IMG/VR virus record: IMGVR_UViG_3300016476_001273
Span: 1-64,000 of that record
Strand: one strand, 5' to 3'
DNA: 64,000 nt
Origin: a virus
Shown here: piece by piece, positions 22,401 to 31,300 of the stretch
How positions within the stretch are numbered: position 1 is the stretch's first letter
How the letters are laid out: every line of letters starts with the position of its first letter
Notes under the pieces: model-generated
What the model was told of the DNA's origin: nothing
Database searches by the model: none
Seen by the model: the letters and a program-made list of their open reading frames with translations, nothing else
Translations under genes and position numbers: made by a program

Positions 22401-25368
22401 CTTTATTAAAAACTTCAGTAATAATATTATTAAAACTTTTTTTAGAAAGTAATGATTTTACATTATCAGTAAACTGTAATGCTCTAGCATCAGCTTCTAA
22501 TATTGTTATTTTACCATTTTCTTTTTTTATTACATATGTTCCAGTATGATATTTTTCTATAATACCTTCTGCTGTATCTATATCACTATTTTCTAATACA
22601 TTTTTTCTAGTTAATTTTATTTTATATTTCCCATCTTCTTTATCTTTAGTAAGTACTTCTAACCAATTAATAATTTTTGGTTTTTCACTAAACATTCTTC
22701 TTACTTCTTTTAAAATTTCTTTTTCAAATAAATCTATAGCTTTATCTGTAACAACACCTTTTTTAAATAAATCATCTATAACTAACACTTCTTTAAAAGA
22801 AGATGTTCGTTTAGCTTCCATCAAATTTATATGAATAGGTTGAGTATAATTAATAACTTTATTTTCTTCGTCTTTTTCGTTTGATTTTGTTCTAAATGAT
22901 TTTAAATGTAATTTCCAAAGAAGAAAGTCTCTACTTGTCATTTTTCCAAATGTAGAAGCACCTGTATTATTTACATCTAACCCATCAACAGAATAATAAC
23001 TACCTTTTAAAAAAACACTTTTCCATCTACTTTGTTCATCAAAAACAATGTGATTTAATTCTGGATTATCTGTTTGATAAAGAAAACTTGAAGCTTGTTG
23101 TAAAAATTTTCCATCTCCATATTCATATAACTCTCCTTTTTTAATTCTATCTAAATACTCTTCAAAACCTCCTTCACTAAATATTTCATTAAACATGTAT
23201 AATTGAAAAGTCTTATTCTGATAAGAATATCTTGTTTTATTTTCTGCATCTTTATAAGTAGATTCAATTACATCTTCGTTAATTTTAGATGTATTAACAG
23301 CTAATTTTTCTATTCTACTAACAGCTCCTTCTGTATTATCAAACATTAAAGGAGTTTTAATTACACTTCTTGTATCAAACAATGCTTTTTCAAATATTAT
23401 TTTTACATCTTCTAAAGAAGCAGTTGGTTTAAATGTACCTCCAATACTTTTTTCTGTAGAAGAATCAAGAAGATAATCTATATAAGTTTTTTCTACATTA
23501 CCAAAGATTAATTTAATAGCATCATAAACCGTATCTTCTGTAAATCTTTCATTATCAAAATCAGATTTAAGTTTTAATAATTTATTTCTTATTTCTTCTT
23601 TACTCTCAGGATTTAACATTATTTCAGTCCATCTTTCTTTCCACATAGACATTTGAGCTTTTGTAGCACTATTTTGATTAGCATCAAATACTTTAGTATC
23701 AACACTTTTAGATTTAATATCAATTACTATTTTGTTATTATCTCTTTTCCATAAATCAAAACCTTGAAGTATTGTTTGTAAAATAAAAACATTATCTTTT
23801 TTTAATCCTTTAATATTATTAATTATATAATGATTTTCTTTTTTATTTGATTTCCAATCTGAATATAATTTTGTAATATTTTCTTTAAAACTTTCAAATC
23901 TTTTATTAACGTCTTGTTCATTAGTATCAATAACATCACTTATTACCCTATCTAATAAAAGTCTTGTTTCTTTATTTGAAGAAAAAGAAGCAATTGTTAC
24001 AAGTTTATAAAGCCTTTCTAATTCATGAGTTGTATTTTGCATACTTCTTGCTAAAGAATAATATACTTTATTCTTATCAATAGGGGATAAAATACTAATA
24101 TCTTTACCTTCTATTTCAAATTTTCCTATATATTTCCCTGTTGTAGCTATATATGACCTCAACCACGCAGATATTCCTTCAAATCCTTTTTCATTAGCAG
24201 ATATATTATCACTAAAATCTAAACTTGCTACATCATTTTCACTTTCTTCTATTTCTTCATTTTTTAAACTTGACCCTGTAACAATATTTAAATAATTATT
24301 AACATCTTCAGATAAATATTTTAAATTAGGAAGATTAATTAATGTAAACATTTTTTCATAATCTTGTTCATCAGGATTATATTTTTCTTCTTGATGTTGA
24401 GATAATGCAGAAACAAATCTAGGGTTATCACCTTTATCTTCATAATGTTGTCTTAGTTTATCAATAGCAAATCTAATTCTATTTCCTCTATTTGTTAATT
24501 TTAAATTAACAGCTTGTTCCTTAGTAAGTTTTTGATTTAGTTCAATGACAATACTAGCAATACTAGAAATTATAAATTCAGATTCTTTAACAGTAAGATT
24601 TCTTTTTAATACATTATTTGCTTCACTAATATATTCATATTCAATAAGTCTTAGTGTAGGAACATTAGAATCATTACTATCATTTACACTAGATTTAGAA
24701 AAGTTTCCTTTAATAATATTATCAAAGAATACTTCTAAATTTGTATTATTATTTAACTTATTAAATAAATTTTTCAACCATTTAAATAAATTCTCAAGAA
24801 GTTTTAAAATTCCTTTTTTATTAGAAGGAATAATATTTCTATTAAAATATTCTACATATCTTTTAGCAATAGCTTCTTCAATAATTCTTTCTTCTAATTC
24901 TGTTTCATTTAATAAGAGAGCTTTAGGGTAAGCTTTAAGATATGCTTCTTTTTCTTTATTTATATTATTTATTAAAGACATTCCTTCTTTTAAGTATTTC
25001 TGTTTCATACTAGGAGGAATTACTCTTTGAAAAATAGCATGAAAAGTTTCTTCTGCTATTTGCTCTTTAGTGACATTATCTCCAAAATATAATACATCTT
25101 TAAAAAATGCAGCTTGTGTTGCAGGAGGAAGATTTGCAATAATTTCATCCAAATGTTTCACTTGAAAAACATTTTTAGGAAGAAATTCACTAACAATCTC
25201 TTTTAATTTAGCCTCTGAAAAAGCAATAGAATTATTCTTTAATAATTCATTTAATGAAGGAAGAGAAAAAAGATTTTTTCTTCTAAAATAATCTAATACA
25301 TATTTTTCTCCTAAATTACTTACTAGAGAAAGTGTTTCTTTATTTAAACTAGGTATTGAACAATTCAT
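13468..25368 (-). CDS. Virion DNA-directed RNA polymerase (crAss-like) fused to NADAR, macro-like, GNAT and SF1 helicase domains
   Basis: 3966 aa. GIRIPSQDKHS...LSGSDYDIDKLY (DxDxD at about 20509-20526) and ISELISAATDEVKD are crAss-like vRNAP hallmarks. C-terminal motifs IFVFGSNPEGRHGAGAAK, MQNKGMG...FWEKQGF, GSGGTGKS / APTHKAA / DESSM / GDMKQLPP. Confidence 0.9.
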   Translation of the reverse strand: MNCSIPSLNKETLSLVSNLGEKYVLDYFRRKNLFSLPSLNELLKNNSIAFSEAKLKEIVSEFLPKNVFQVKHLDEIIANLPPATQAAFFKDVLYFGDNVTKEQIAEETFHAIFQRVIPPSMKQKYLKEGMSLINNINKEKEAYLKAYPKALLLNETELEERIIEEAIAKRYVEYFNRNIIPSNKKGILKLLENLFKWLKNLFNKLNNNTNLEVFFDNIIKGNFSKSSVNDSNDSNVPTLRLIEYEYISEANNVLKRNLTVKESEFIISSIASIVIELNQKLTKEQAVNLKLTNRGNRIRFAIDKLRQHYEDKGDNPRFVSALSQHQEEKYNPDEQDYEKMFTLINLPNLKYLSEDVNNYLNIVTGSSLKNEEIEESENDVASLDFSDNISANEKGFEGISAWLRSYIATTGKYIGKFEIEGKDISILSPIDKNKVYYSLARSMQNTTHELERLYKLVTIASFSSNKETRLLLDRVISDVIDTNEQDVNKRFESFKENITKLYSDWKSNKKENHYIINNIKGLKKDNVFILQTILQGFDLWKRDNNKIVIDIKSKSVDTKVFDANQNSATKAQMSMWKERWTEIMLNPESKEEIRNKLLKLKSDFDNERFTEDTVYDAIKLIFGNVEKTYIDYLLDSSTEKSIGGTFKPTASLEDVKIIFEKALFDTRSVIKTPLMFDNTEGAVSRIEKLAVNTSKINEDVIESTYKDAENKTRYSYQNKTFQLYMFNEIFSEGGFEEYLDRIKKGELYEYGDGKFLQQASSFLYQTDNPELNHIVFDEQSRWKSVFLKGSYYSVDGLDVNNTGASTFGKMTSRDFLLWKLHLKSFRTKSNEKDEENKVINYTQPIHINLMEAKRTSSFKEVLVIDDLFKKGVVTDKAIDLFEKEILKEVRRMFSEKPKIINWLEVLTKDKEDGKYKIKLTRKNVLENSDIDTAEGIIEKYHTGTYVIKKENGKITILEADARALQFTDNVKSLLSKKSFNNIITEVFNKENINEIDRNYKKEIVSQLNEYILEFKELVKSLKGLLPSSSRYNNLNIALPNDEFINDELSSWLNTIWVNQLLNSDSALLVKNDGADFVKRAGGQNAAIFSVATTFYSDLIPGIKNFDKINYVVGNDTEGVISFKPLTDDGKNNTVDSSDAQSYMTVEAYIKYLYSMSKLTKQASEILFKIKDGKVLTDEDIEYLKDNNMYFNVIKPVGYDGYFYFKTGTVMLTKDLTSYYDNVEKKWKAKPGKESLHNLREKMENSGVDYYLPQTASKQLTINKYTEEFDNLKYKEKEKDEIWNSSINVMSTNFFGQQMENPAGKESIIDGSQMLEIILNEQNENVTVSLNGTKFSIGEMMKEWRRLSINRVEFSFQQALNEIADKNLILQYNKFLDKVKETLINSGADDQLLEIFSLDENGQPKYNLNMSLSIDKFINLLMSHFSKGVLQQKVAGDAMALVSSHGFNSIKKVVKYKDEEGNDIYSWKYIRESDPEYKIALEKHKKSPLTNLTNVAEYDEFNGKNDSELTLKLKEIYKENEDVYFIDQLRFGKPVYAFNNEGIVTGVEYYGAESLIPNPKYKKNLPFEKLFAMFGIRIPSQDKHSAINLIWVDNIPSYYGNTIMCSKEIQYLSGSDYDIDKLYIHRKETFEKDGEEVVWSEEHDTFEMYKFYHTTKNKFIKNQINKLLETNEEYQDILKAIEVIKENYKEELENVDEYFNKTNQLIDKIISLLERKKKEKKESRKEGRDKVYNDNKEKINEEIRKEIIYLKQQARENVIVKSILEESNISELTQDDLTKLNKESQEDFENELKNLKKKFVNEKISNIIENEDEYSDLAKNLKTQETYLKGIITRLKNVKSEKFEFIKILTDLKELHERRKHIKSVVAHVVFLKNKLITSEEVFEKLKKEKGILIIPIINNKMLDLKIRFLMNEHTLNRTEDEAIALTPATQTNLKELIRQAYIIKDNKPYYLFKKVTKEKTSEGVEKEVYVDEFTTDVKHSTHSTLGQSTAHKNIVTGKKNIGVAVVGNLLHLFSKKADINLRSFITIEDITPYGKDGLHVLTETTLSNFNISKNVKLQRIADIISELISAATDEVKDQQNAKYGLTIEALNIVVPILMLGGSLDFAIRLVNTKGVREYLNKVDLKDNIAKTEDETEELSYSNEMILNNLFNSYKEKGYKTTPLSIVDLKEGKFEANALELAAKMLQISKEVGLAKYVIGLKKGLGKTLEEFEDGEEKINSTTKETLSDNHITTSALVFSKKNLNESLGIYKHQIKLHEYISELLNKNIISRREKFRKFKYLFLNNFKPATYDEAKNWMNDKMISFFYSRLYFSFLEKRNDFSENDFRNFTNKPLEEIEKEWKDFVSDVISGKANIKEELMKEIKQNPLLIKLKTNNQGRIYAPTFIKGDIATNISLLESYEDLHTKLSNTPYKDLMWKLFHYSIRKDGWTFKGGSLSKVIPPVFYTDHSKSLDMFLFEEDGLVENSLFGGKYTPEYLTFLAIERSVKEKEGLKYVRKTNSKQDGIWKNIYKNKTIKLSDLASLSEDKLTWLVDKGYIVISPERKIYPQFPLYHYFSEINTDTNKPENVLHKIKNVKAKFKDGNIREVTVPQYAYYYGEIQQVLETTYEAVVVEEKPNVISLPVKKNIVIEKLDEIKEIEQEQQSSVKGINIKKDKTQYNSLANRLTNPSEYSTLEYNVESIYKKNSSKFDVNTKQRILNNKVVSEEQALKHDMNLMYKLQVEKFEKHPELIDEINAKGGLEFIKNSSHIIGVPNSRWEGEGMNSNFIKVLAKSYEKVAKELGKFLENPNVPVTSKESNINSNNQNFNFSNNEPVLVGDKNNVENTVEVKTVQEENKINQLSNSEEIYNQLGNISENVVIDEVNGKKPVVENQNYYEGNIKPEPNTIFVFGSNPEGRHGAGAAKIAKEQFGAIYGQGEGLQGNAYALPTKDLRVKENNGFKSISFEQIVKNIQKLYEVARQNPNKQFKIGYRNTIDKSLNGYTGLEMIEMFNQAGEIPFNIVFSKEWIDTGKITQSSKPIVAYRTETNQPNVETTKEEKIDIVNKLKQFTKKHNLSFNWSDFQTNIFTPLEILNKFFEKGMEFAKNEEEEKQIFPKYFGLDGEGLSVTIEKENENKWYFSSLYLPEFMQNKGMGKDIVDMVKYIASESDKTIYLWSEEQAVGFWEKQGFKKTGEKITESDKHFYDKNLPPFEVMEIKIKGNQRGSETNKEENLENISKNISTPALNFGFKNQKTKIIPQGSNPSNDVIFEDDDFVYLMNDQQQIAFNNIKNKIDEIFTKYSYLKSDEKATFNNSYLDAVYKGKVLKEMYDNMYGLQGSGGTGKSSLSKAIKKYITNKYPHKTLVFSAPTHKAATVLQESLGYDSEKVDEGNVFTNASLVGSTKENSDVFELSPDGNYFRRNKPKFGADIDVIIFDESSMIDVSFIEALQKRLMSKVVGNNKKIPFMLFLGDMKQLPPINQSSGFNRGFITMAILNGNKSSKLTQIMRTSDEFFNQIYNSIGNQIEKNIQKRLETPVNETFTPNPYDYTEFLRLIEKPQGNLFVYNTEEAILKDYANELFKTNNPRKAYYSHYNRIDNPYTMTVLKKIRDNFMEMIFGTTSHLNHSIPFSQVDDYLDKFGGKNILNEKGISSIKESELTNIPQFIEIENIRNFIFGDYVQSPDNFPLASSTFTIHSEDINPYALSVMRSINKQDKGFNLKLNGEVFFDGKGSFKPTSRYRVLDIIQKRYNSKSYFDNIINDFSLSTQFGNSKLAKNINDKRNNPEDVKIDGIYINPEMNLILETILLYTRQDRVRAYSYFMNTYTTYTYEDDGKDEMMNTINARNIFIMRQANTDKIIIKLAIPYKITFQEESGVSYLLNQLGSNQKEFKTSKDRFYSQNVFQKSYLGSSHTTQGDGFEKIYGGISNVLGQQNVKEDAKASSVYTILTRSMKEIAVLNTSSNYSKFSPNDLQSFDELSNDNAPNCNFI

Positions 25369-28300
25369 TAATTACAAGGTTTTACTTTTTCTAAATATAA
25401 TTTATAAATTTCATTCATCTTAGGTTTTAATATTGCTTTCAATTTATGTAGAGGTGCTTCATTTTTTATTAATAATTTAAAGGCTTTCTCCATATTTTCA
25501 TCATTATTAATAACTTCCTCTAACACGTAAAAATTACTTTTATTAAATACTAAAATCTCTTTATTTTTTACATTCATATTTTGTAACTCTATAGTTCCAA
25601 AAGTACTAAAAAATTTAATTAATTCTGATTCATTCTCAACATTTAATTCTGGTGAGATTTGTTCTCTTATCTCAACTTCTTGTTCTACTTTTTCTTCTTT
25701 AATGACAGTTGGTGTAGTAATTTCTAAAAATGAAGATTTATCTTCTTTAAATAGTTTAGGAGAATCTTCAACTACTTCCACTCTATCATGAAAAAAACTA
25801 TAAGTAGTATCATTTCTCATATCGTCAGAGCCACTTTTAAACTCTATACCTTTAACCACATGAGAATTTTGTGCAACAACATCTTCATATGTTTTAAATT
25901 TTTTAGAAGTAGAACTTACAAAATTAATAGATATATTTTTTAAAAAATTATTAAAATTTACATCTTTTTCATCTGTAACAGGATTAAATTTTTTATTTAT
26001 ATCTTCTTTAATCTTTCTTTTTAAAAATTCTATTGTATTTTGTTTTTTTACTCCGTCTAAATTATAATTTCTTCTCCAAAAAATAGTTTTTCCATTATTA
26101 TCTTTATATCCATAAAGTATACTAATACCTAAAATTTTTTCTTTTTCGTTTTCAAAATTATTATATTCAACTTTATATATTTCAAATTTAGTATTTAATT
26201 GTTCTTGTACACCACTAATATTAATAAACCATCCGTCATCTCTAACATCACCTTTTTTTTCATTTGTTTTAATTAGTGATACTAAATCTGTTGTATCAGG
26301 TAAAGATATATTTTTTGATACTAAATTTTTTACATAAGGTCTATTAGTTTCTGTATCTGTAAAAATTAAATTAAAACCATTAGATAAAAAAGTAGCTGGA
26401 GAATTAGCTAATACAACTTCTCCCTTTTCGTTTACTATTGTTTCATTTAATTGTGCTATTAATTTAATTTTAATTTCTTCTTGTAAACTTTCAGGAATAC
26501 TTCCATAAAAAGTTCCTCCTTGAATCGCTTCTTTAATTATATTTCTAAAATCCGCATTATTAGAAAAAGCAGTTTCTTGTTCATTAATTTGTTCATAAAG
26601 AATTTTTAAATATAATACTGCTGTATATTGATTACCGTTTTCATCTATAACTTTATTATTAGGAAGCTCATCAACAGGTACTAATTCTGTATAATTACTA
26701 TTTAAAGTTGACTTTTGTAATGTTTTAGAAGAAATATAATTAGTAAGTAATCTTTTTAATTTTACATTTTCTCCTTTTAATGATTTTTCTAATGTTTTTT
26801 GTCTTTCAATAGATAAATCTAAATAACTTTTTTCTATACCTAAATTATTTAAAAGTTCTTCTAATTTATTAGTATTATTTTCTTCTAAATATTCAATAAC
26901 ATTAAATAAAGAGACATATCCACTAATAGATTCAAAATTTTTAGCATTAACAATGTTTTTACTATTAAAATTAAAATTATCTTTTAATTCAATTCTTAAA
27001 GATTGTAAATATTGCTTACTAATTCCCCAACCATTTCTTAAATCTCTATATTCTTGTAAAATAATTTCTTCATCATCTTGTTTAGTAGAAATTACAAAAA
27101 TAGGAGCATTGTTAATTTTTAATAATTTACCTCCTGCTATTTCTTGTTTTTCTATTTTATCTAATGTTATTATTGTTTTATCAACTTTAAAATCTATATC
27201 ACTAACATTATTTATAGAATTTAAAAATTTCCTACGTTTTAATAACATTTCATTTCCTTTTTTCTTATTTAATACTCCTAACCCTGTATCATTTAAATAA
27301 AAATCATTTTGCATAAAAATAATATTATCTTTTGAATTAGGAACTGAACTAACAGGTTTACTTATTGGAGGAATCGGTGTTCCTGTATTTTCATTTTCTT
27401 TATTTAATAATAGTTCATCTTCATTTTGTTCTATTTCTTGAGTAGATTCTAATTGTTGATTTTCTATATTGGATTCAAGTGTTTCTGATTTTTCATCATT
27501 TAATGATTGTTCTGTTTCACGTTCATCAATTATATTCACAACAGCTTTTTCAGTTACTTTCCACCCAGTATTTGTTTTTGCAACTACTCCTTCTTTTAGT
27601 ATATCCATCTTTGTAGGAGTAAAACTTAACTTATTAAATTCTAAAGAATTTTGAAAAACGTTTAAATTTTGTATAATAGTATTAACTGTTGATAAAGACG
27701 TATTAGGAATTAATCTACCAGTTTTTCCATTTTCATCAGGAATAATTTGAAAATAAAATTCATCTGTAGATTTTTTTATATAATTATTATCAAATTCTCC
27801 ATTTTCATTATTTCCTCCAAAATAAAGAATTGTAAATTCTTGTCCTTCTAAATCTTTTGTATTAAAATTTTCTTCTAACTTTTCTAGTTCTTCCTCAACA
27901 CTTTTTCTTAATTCAGGAGTATTATACTTATTAAGTATTTTTTGTTCATCTGGTGTAAACTCCGTAATCATTTTACCAGATTCCATTTCTTTATAAAGTT
28001 CTTTAGCTAATTCTTTATCATATTCAGCATTAATTTCTATATACTCATTTACTAATTTTTCAGCATCTTCTCTATTAGCTAATCTATTTGCACCTTTAGG
28101 ATATTTAGGAGTAAAATAAACATTTCTTTCTATAACAGCTAATCTTCCTGAAGAAATAACATCTATATTTTTACCAAAAGTGAATATTAGTTTTTCTTGT
28201 CTCCTTTTTTCTATATCTTCTTTAATAACATCAACAATTTCTTTTTTCTTTTCTGGAACTACATCTTGTGTATTAGACTGGTTTTTATTTTTAATATTAC

Positions 28301-31300
28301 TTAAATAAGTATTCCAGTTATCTAAAAGTGTTTTTATTTTATTATATTGAATATTTTTGTCAAAACCTTGATTTAAATTATTAATATCAATTGTTTCTTT
28401 TTGGTATAATAATAAATTTATTTGTTTACTATTTAATGATTTTTCTCCTTTACTAAAAAGAGGATGAAAATCTTTCAAATTACCTTTTTGTAAATCTAAA
28501 CCACCTTCATAATTTATTTCTTCTGTCAATATATCACCAACAAGTTTAAATAAAGGGTTATCATAATAACGTTCCATTTCAGGAACAGTTCCTTTAATAA
28601 CCCATCCATCTGTACCAAAACCAAAAAAAGGATACCATCTGTTTTTTTCTTTTCCACCTGTACCTTTACTACTCCTATAAAATGGAACTATATCATTTCC
28701 TAATTTCATAAAAACAATGGGTCTATCTACTGTCCAACCTAAATGAACATCATTAATATCATTTGAAAGTTTTCCATCAACATTTAAACTTGTTAAAATA
28801 CCTAATTCAATTAATTTATTTATTTTTTCACTATAAGATAAATTTTCTAATTGTTTTTTTATAGTGTCTTTATCTAAAAATAAAGGTTCAATAAAATCAG
28901 AAGTGTTTTCTATAAAACTTAAAAACTTATCATTTGTACCTGTTAAATATTTTCCATATAACTGAAATCCTATAATGTTTCTAATATTTTGATATAATAA
29001 AGGATGTTTTTCTTTAAGCTTTTTATCAAACACTCCTTTATATAAAACATTTTCACCTTCTATGTAAACATATATATCAGATAAAGAATTTCCATCATAT
29101 TTAACACTTACGATTTTATTATCGTAAATAAAACTAAACTCATCATTGTTAATAACTTTATTTAAATTTGTAGGAACATGATACCCAGAAAAACCTATAT
29201 GTCTACCTTCAATTCTTCCTTTAAATAAATCATCTATTTGAGTATCATCTCCTAGATTTCCAGTAGTAATTAATTCAAGTATATTTGGAAATTTTAACTT
29301 TATATCAGAAATAAATTTTAATACATCATCAGCACTTCCTATATAAATAGTAAAATCTGATTCTCCTATTTCTCCACCAGCGAGATGTTTAAATGGTTCT
29401 CGTTCATTTCCACTATCATCTTTAATAATATAATGGTTTTGAAGATTTTTAGAATTAGCTTTTTCTTTACTTCCGAAATACTCTAAAAGAAAATTTATGA
29501 GTTTTTCTGCTTTTTCATTATATTCTTTATCTATAGATTGTCCATAATAAGAATTATTTGTTTTAGAATTTTTTATGTTAAATCTAATCTTCCATCCAGA
29601 TTGTCCACCTTTTACATTACCATTTGAAAGTCTATTTTGTGTTTTATAATCTAATGAATTTAATATTTTTTCTCCTAATTTTAAATTTTCCTCTTTTATT
29701 TCTTTTTGTATTCTTCTTTCTATATCAGCTTTTTTAGCTTCTATATCTGTAGCAGTTTTACTTTTTAAAGTGGCTAGTTCTGCATCATATTTAGCATTGA
29801 TTTTACTTATTTTGGATTTAGTTGACTTAGCAGCTTTTTCTATATTTTGTTGGTTTTTGTTTATATATTCTTGAACTAAAGGATTTTCATCAGAACCTTT
29901 TTGTATATCTTCAGGAACCAAATTAGCAATGATATAATCAAGAAAATCACTAAGCTCTTTATTAGTTGGATTGTTTTTAACTTCTTCATGTAAATTATTA
30001 AAAGCTTCTCTTACAGTACTACCATAAGTTTGAAACTCCTTAAATTTTTTATCATATTCGTACAAACCTGTATTGCTTAATTCTTCTTGTCTTCTTCTTT
30101 CTATATCAGCTTTTTTAGCTTCTAATTCTGCTTCTTGTTGTTTTTGTGTATTTTGTTGGTTTAAGGATTCTAATTCTTTATCATATTTATCATTGATTTG
30201 TTTTTCTTTATTTTCATCATACCCTTTCTTTTGTGCATGAGATAAAATTTCTTTTGCCTCTTCTCTTGATGTATTATGAATATCATATTCTAGTCCACTT
30301 TTACTTATTACAATGACAACATTTCCTTCTTCATCAAGAACATTTTTATAATATTTACTAAATCCTTTTACAATAGTATAATTTTTTCCTTTAGATGTAA
30401 ACTCTGTAATAGCTTGAAAAAACATACCTAAAAGTTTCCATAATGTTTCATCACGGTGATTTGTAAAATCTAATGTTTTTGCTAAATCTGCTTCTTTTTT
30501 TAATCTGTCCTCTACATAAACAGTTTCAAATCTTCTTCTTTTTTCTATATCATCTTTAACTACTTCTAATACATCTTTTTTATCTGGATTGGGAATAGGT
30601 TTTAATGTACCATCTTCATTTTGATAAAAAATTAAACCTTCATTCACATAGTAATTAGATGTTCCTATTTGGCCTTCTATTTCTGATTTTGTGGAAGAAG
30701 GTGTTTTTAAAGTTGTTACTAATTTATTATTTTCATCAAACTTTAGTGTATATATAAATGGTGAGGTTTTAGCTAACTTTAAATCAAAAGGAAGAGGATT
30801 AAAATTTTCTACATCTATTTTGTTTTTAAAATCTCCTTCAAATTTTTCTTTCTTATAAGATACAGGAATAACAACAATGTTTATATTAGGTTTATATCCT
30901 AATGTCTGTTCTAACATTATTGAATATGCTGTTTGCTGGTCAGTCCATTTTTCTTTATCTGATTTTTGTTTTTTACTAAACGGTTTTTCTATTTTATCTT
31001 TATTTATAGGATAGCGAGAATCATTTTCTGCTTTTGTTTTAAAATCATAAATATGTACAATACCTTTACTATCAACAACAACCATGTCTAATGTTCCTGC
31101 CACTCCATCCCATCCTTCTTCTAATTTAATATCTGTATGAACAAATATTTCATCTGTAATGAATACTAAATTATTATCATTTAATTGTTTTTTAATATCA
31201 TCTTGTATTTGTTTAAATTTGTTCTTACTCTCATTAAATATTTTTTCTACTTCTATTTTTGTAAATTGTTCTTTTCCGTCTTTGGTTTCTTTTTCTTTTA

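Noticed and set aside
28003-30575. CRISPR array or diversity-generating retroelement as the explanation of the repeats
   Set aside because: The repeats are in-frame coding, hundreds of bases apart and irregular. There is no cas or reverse transcriptase gene and no adenine-specific template/variable pair visible in the window.
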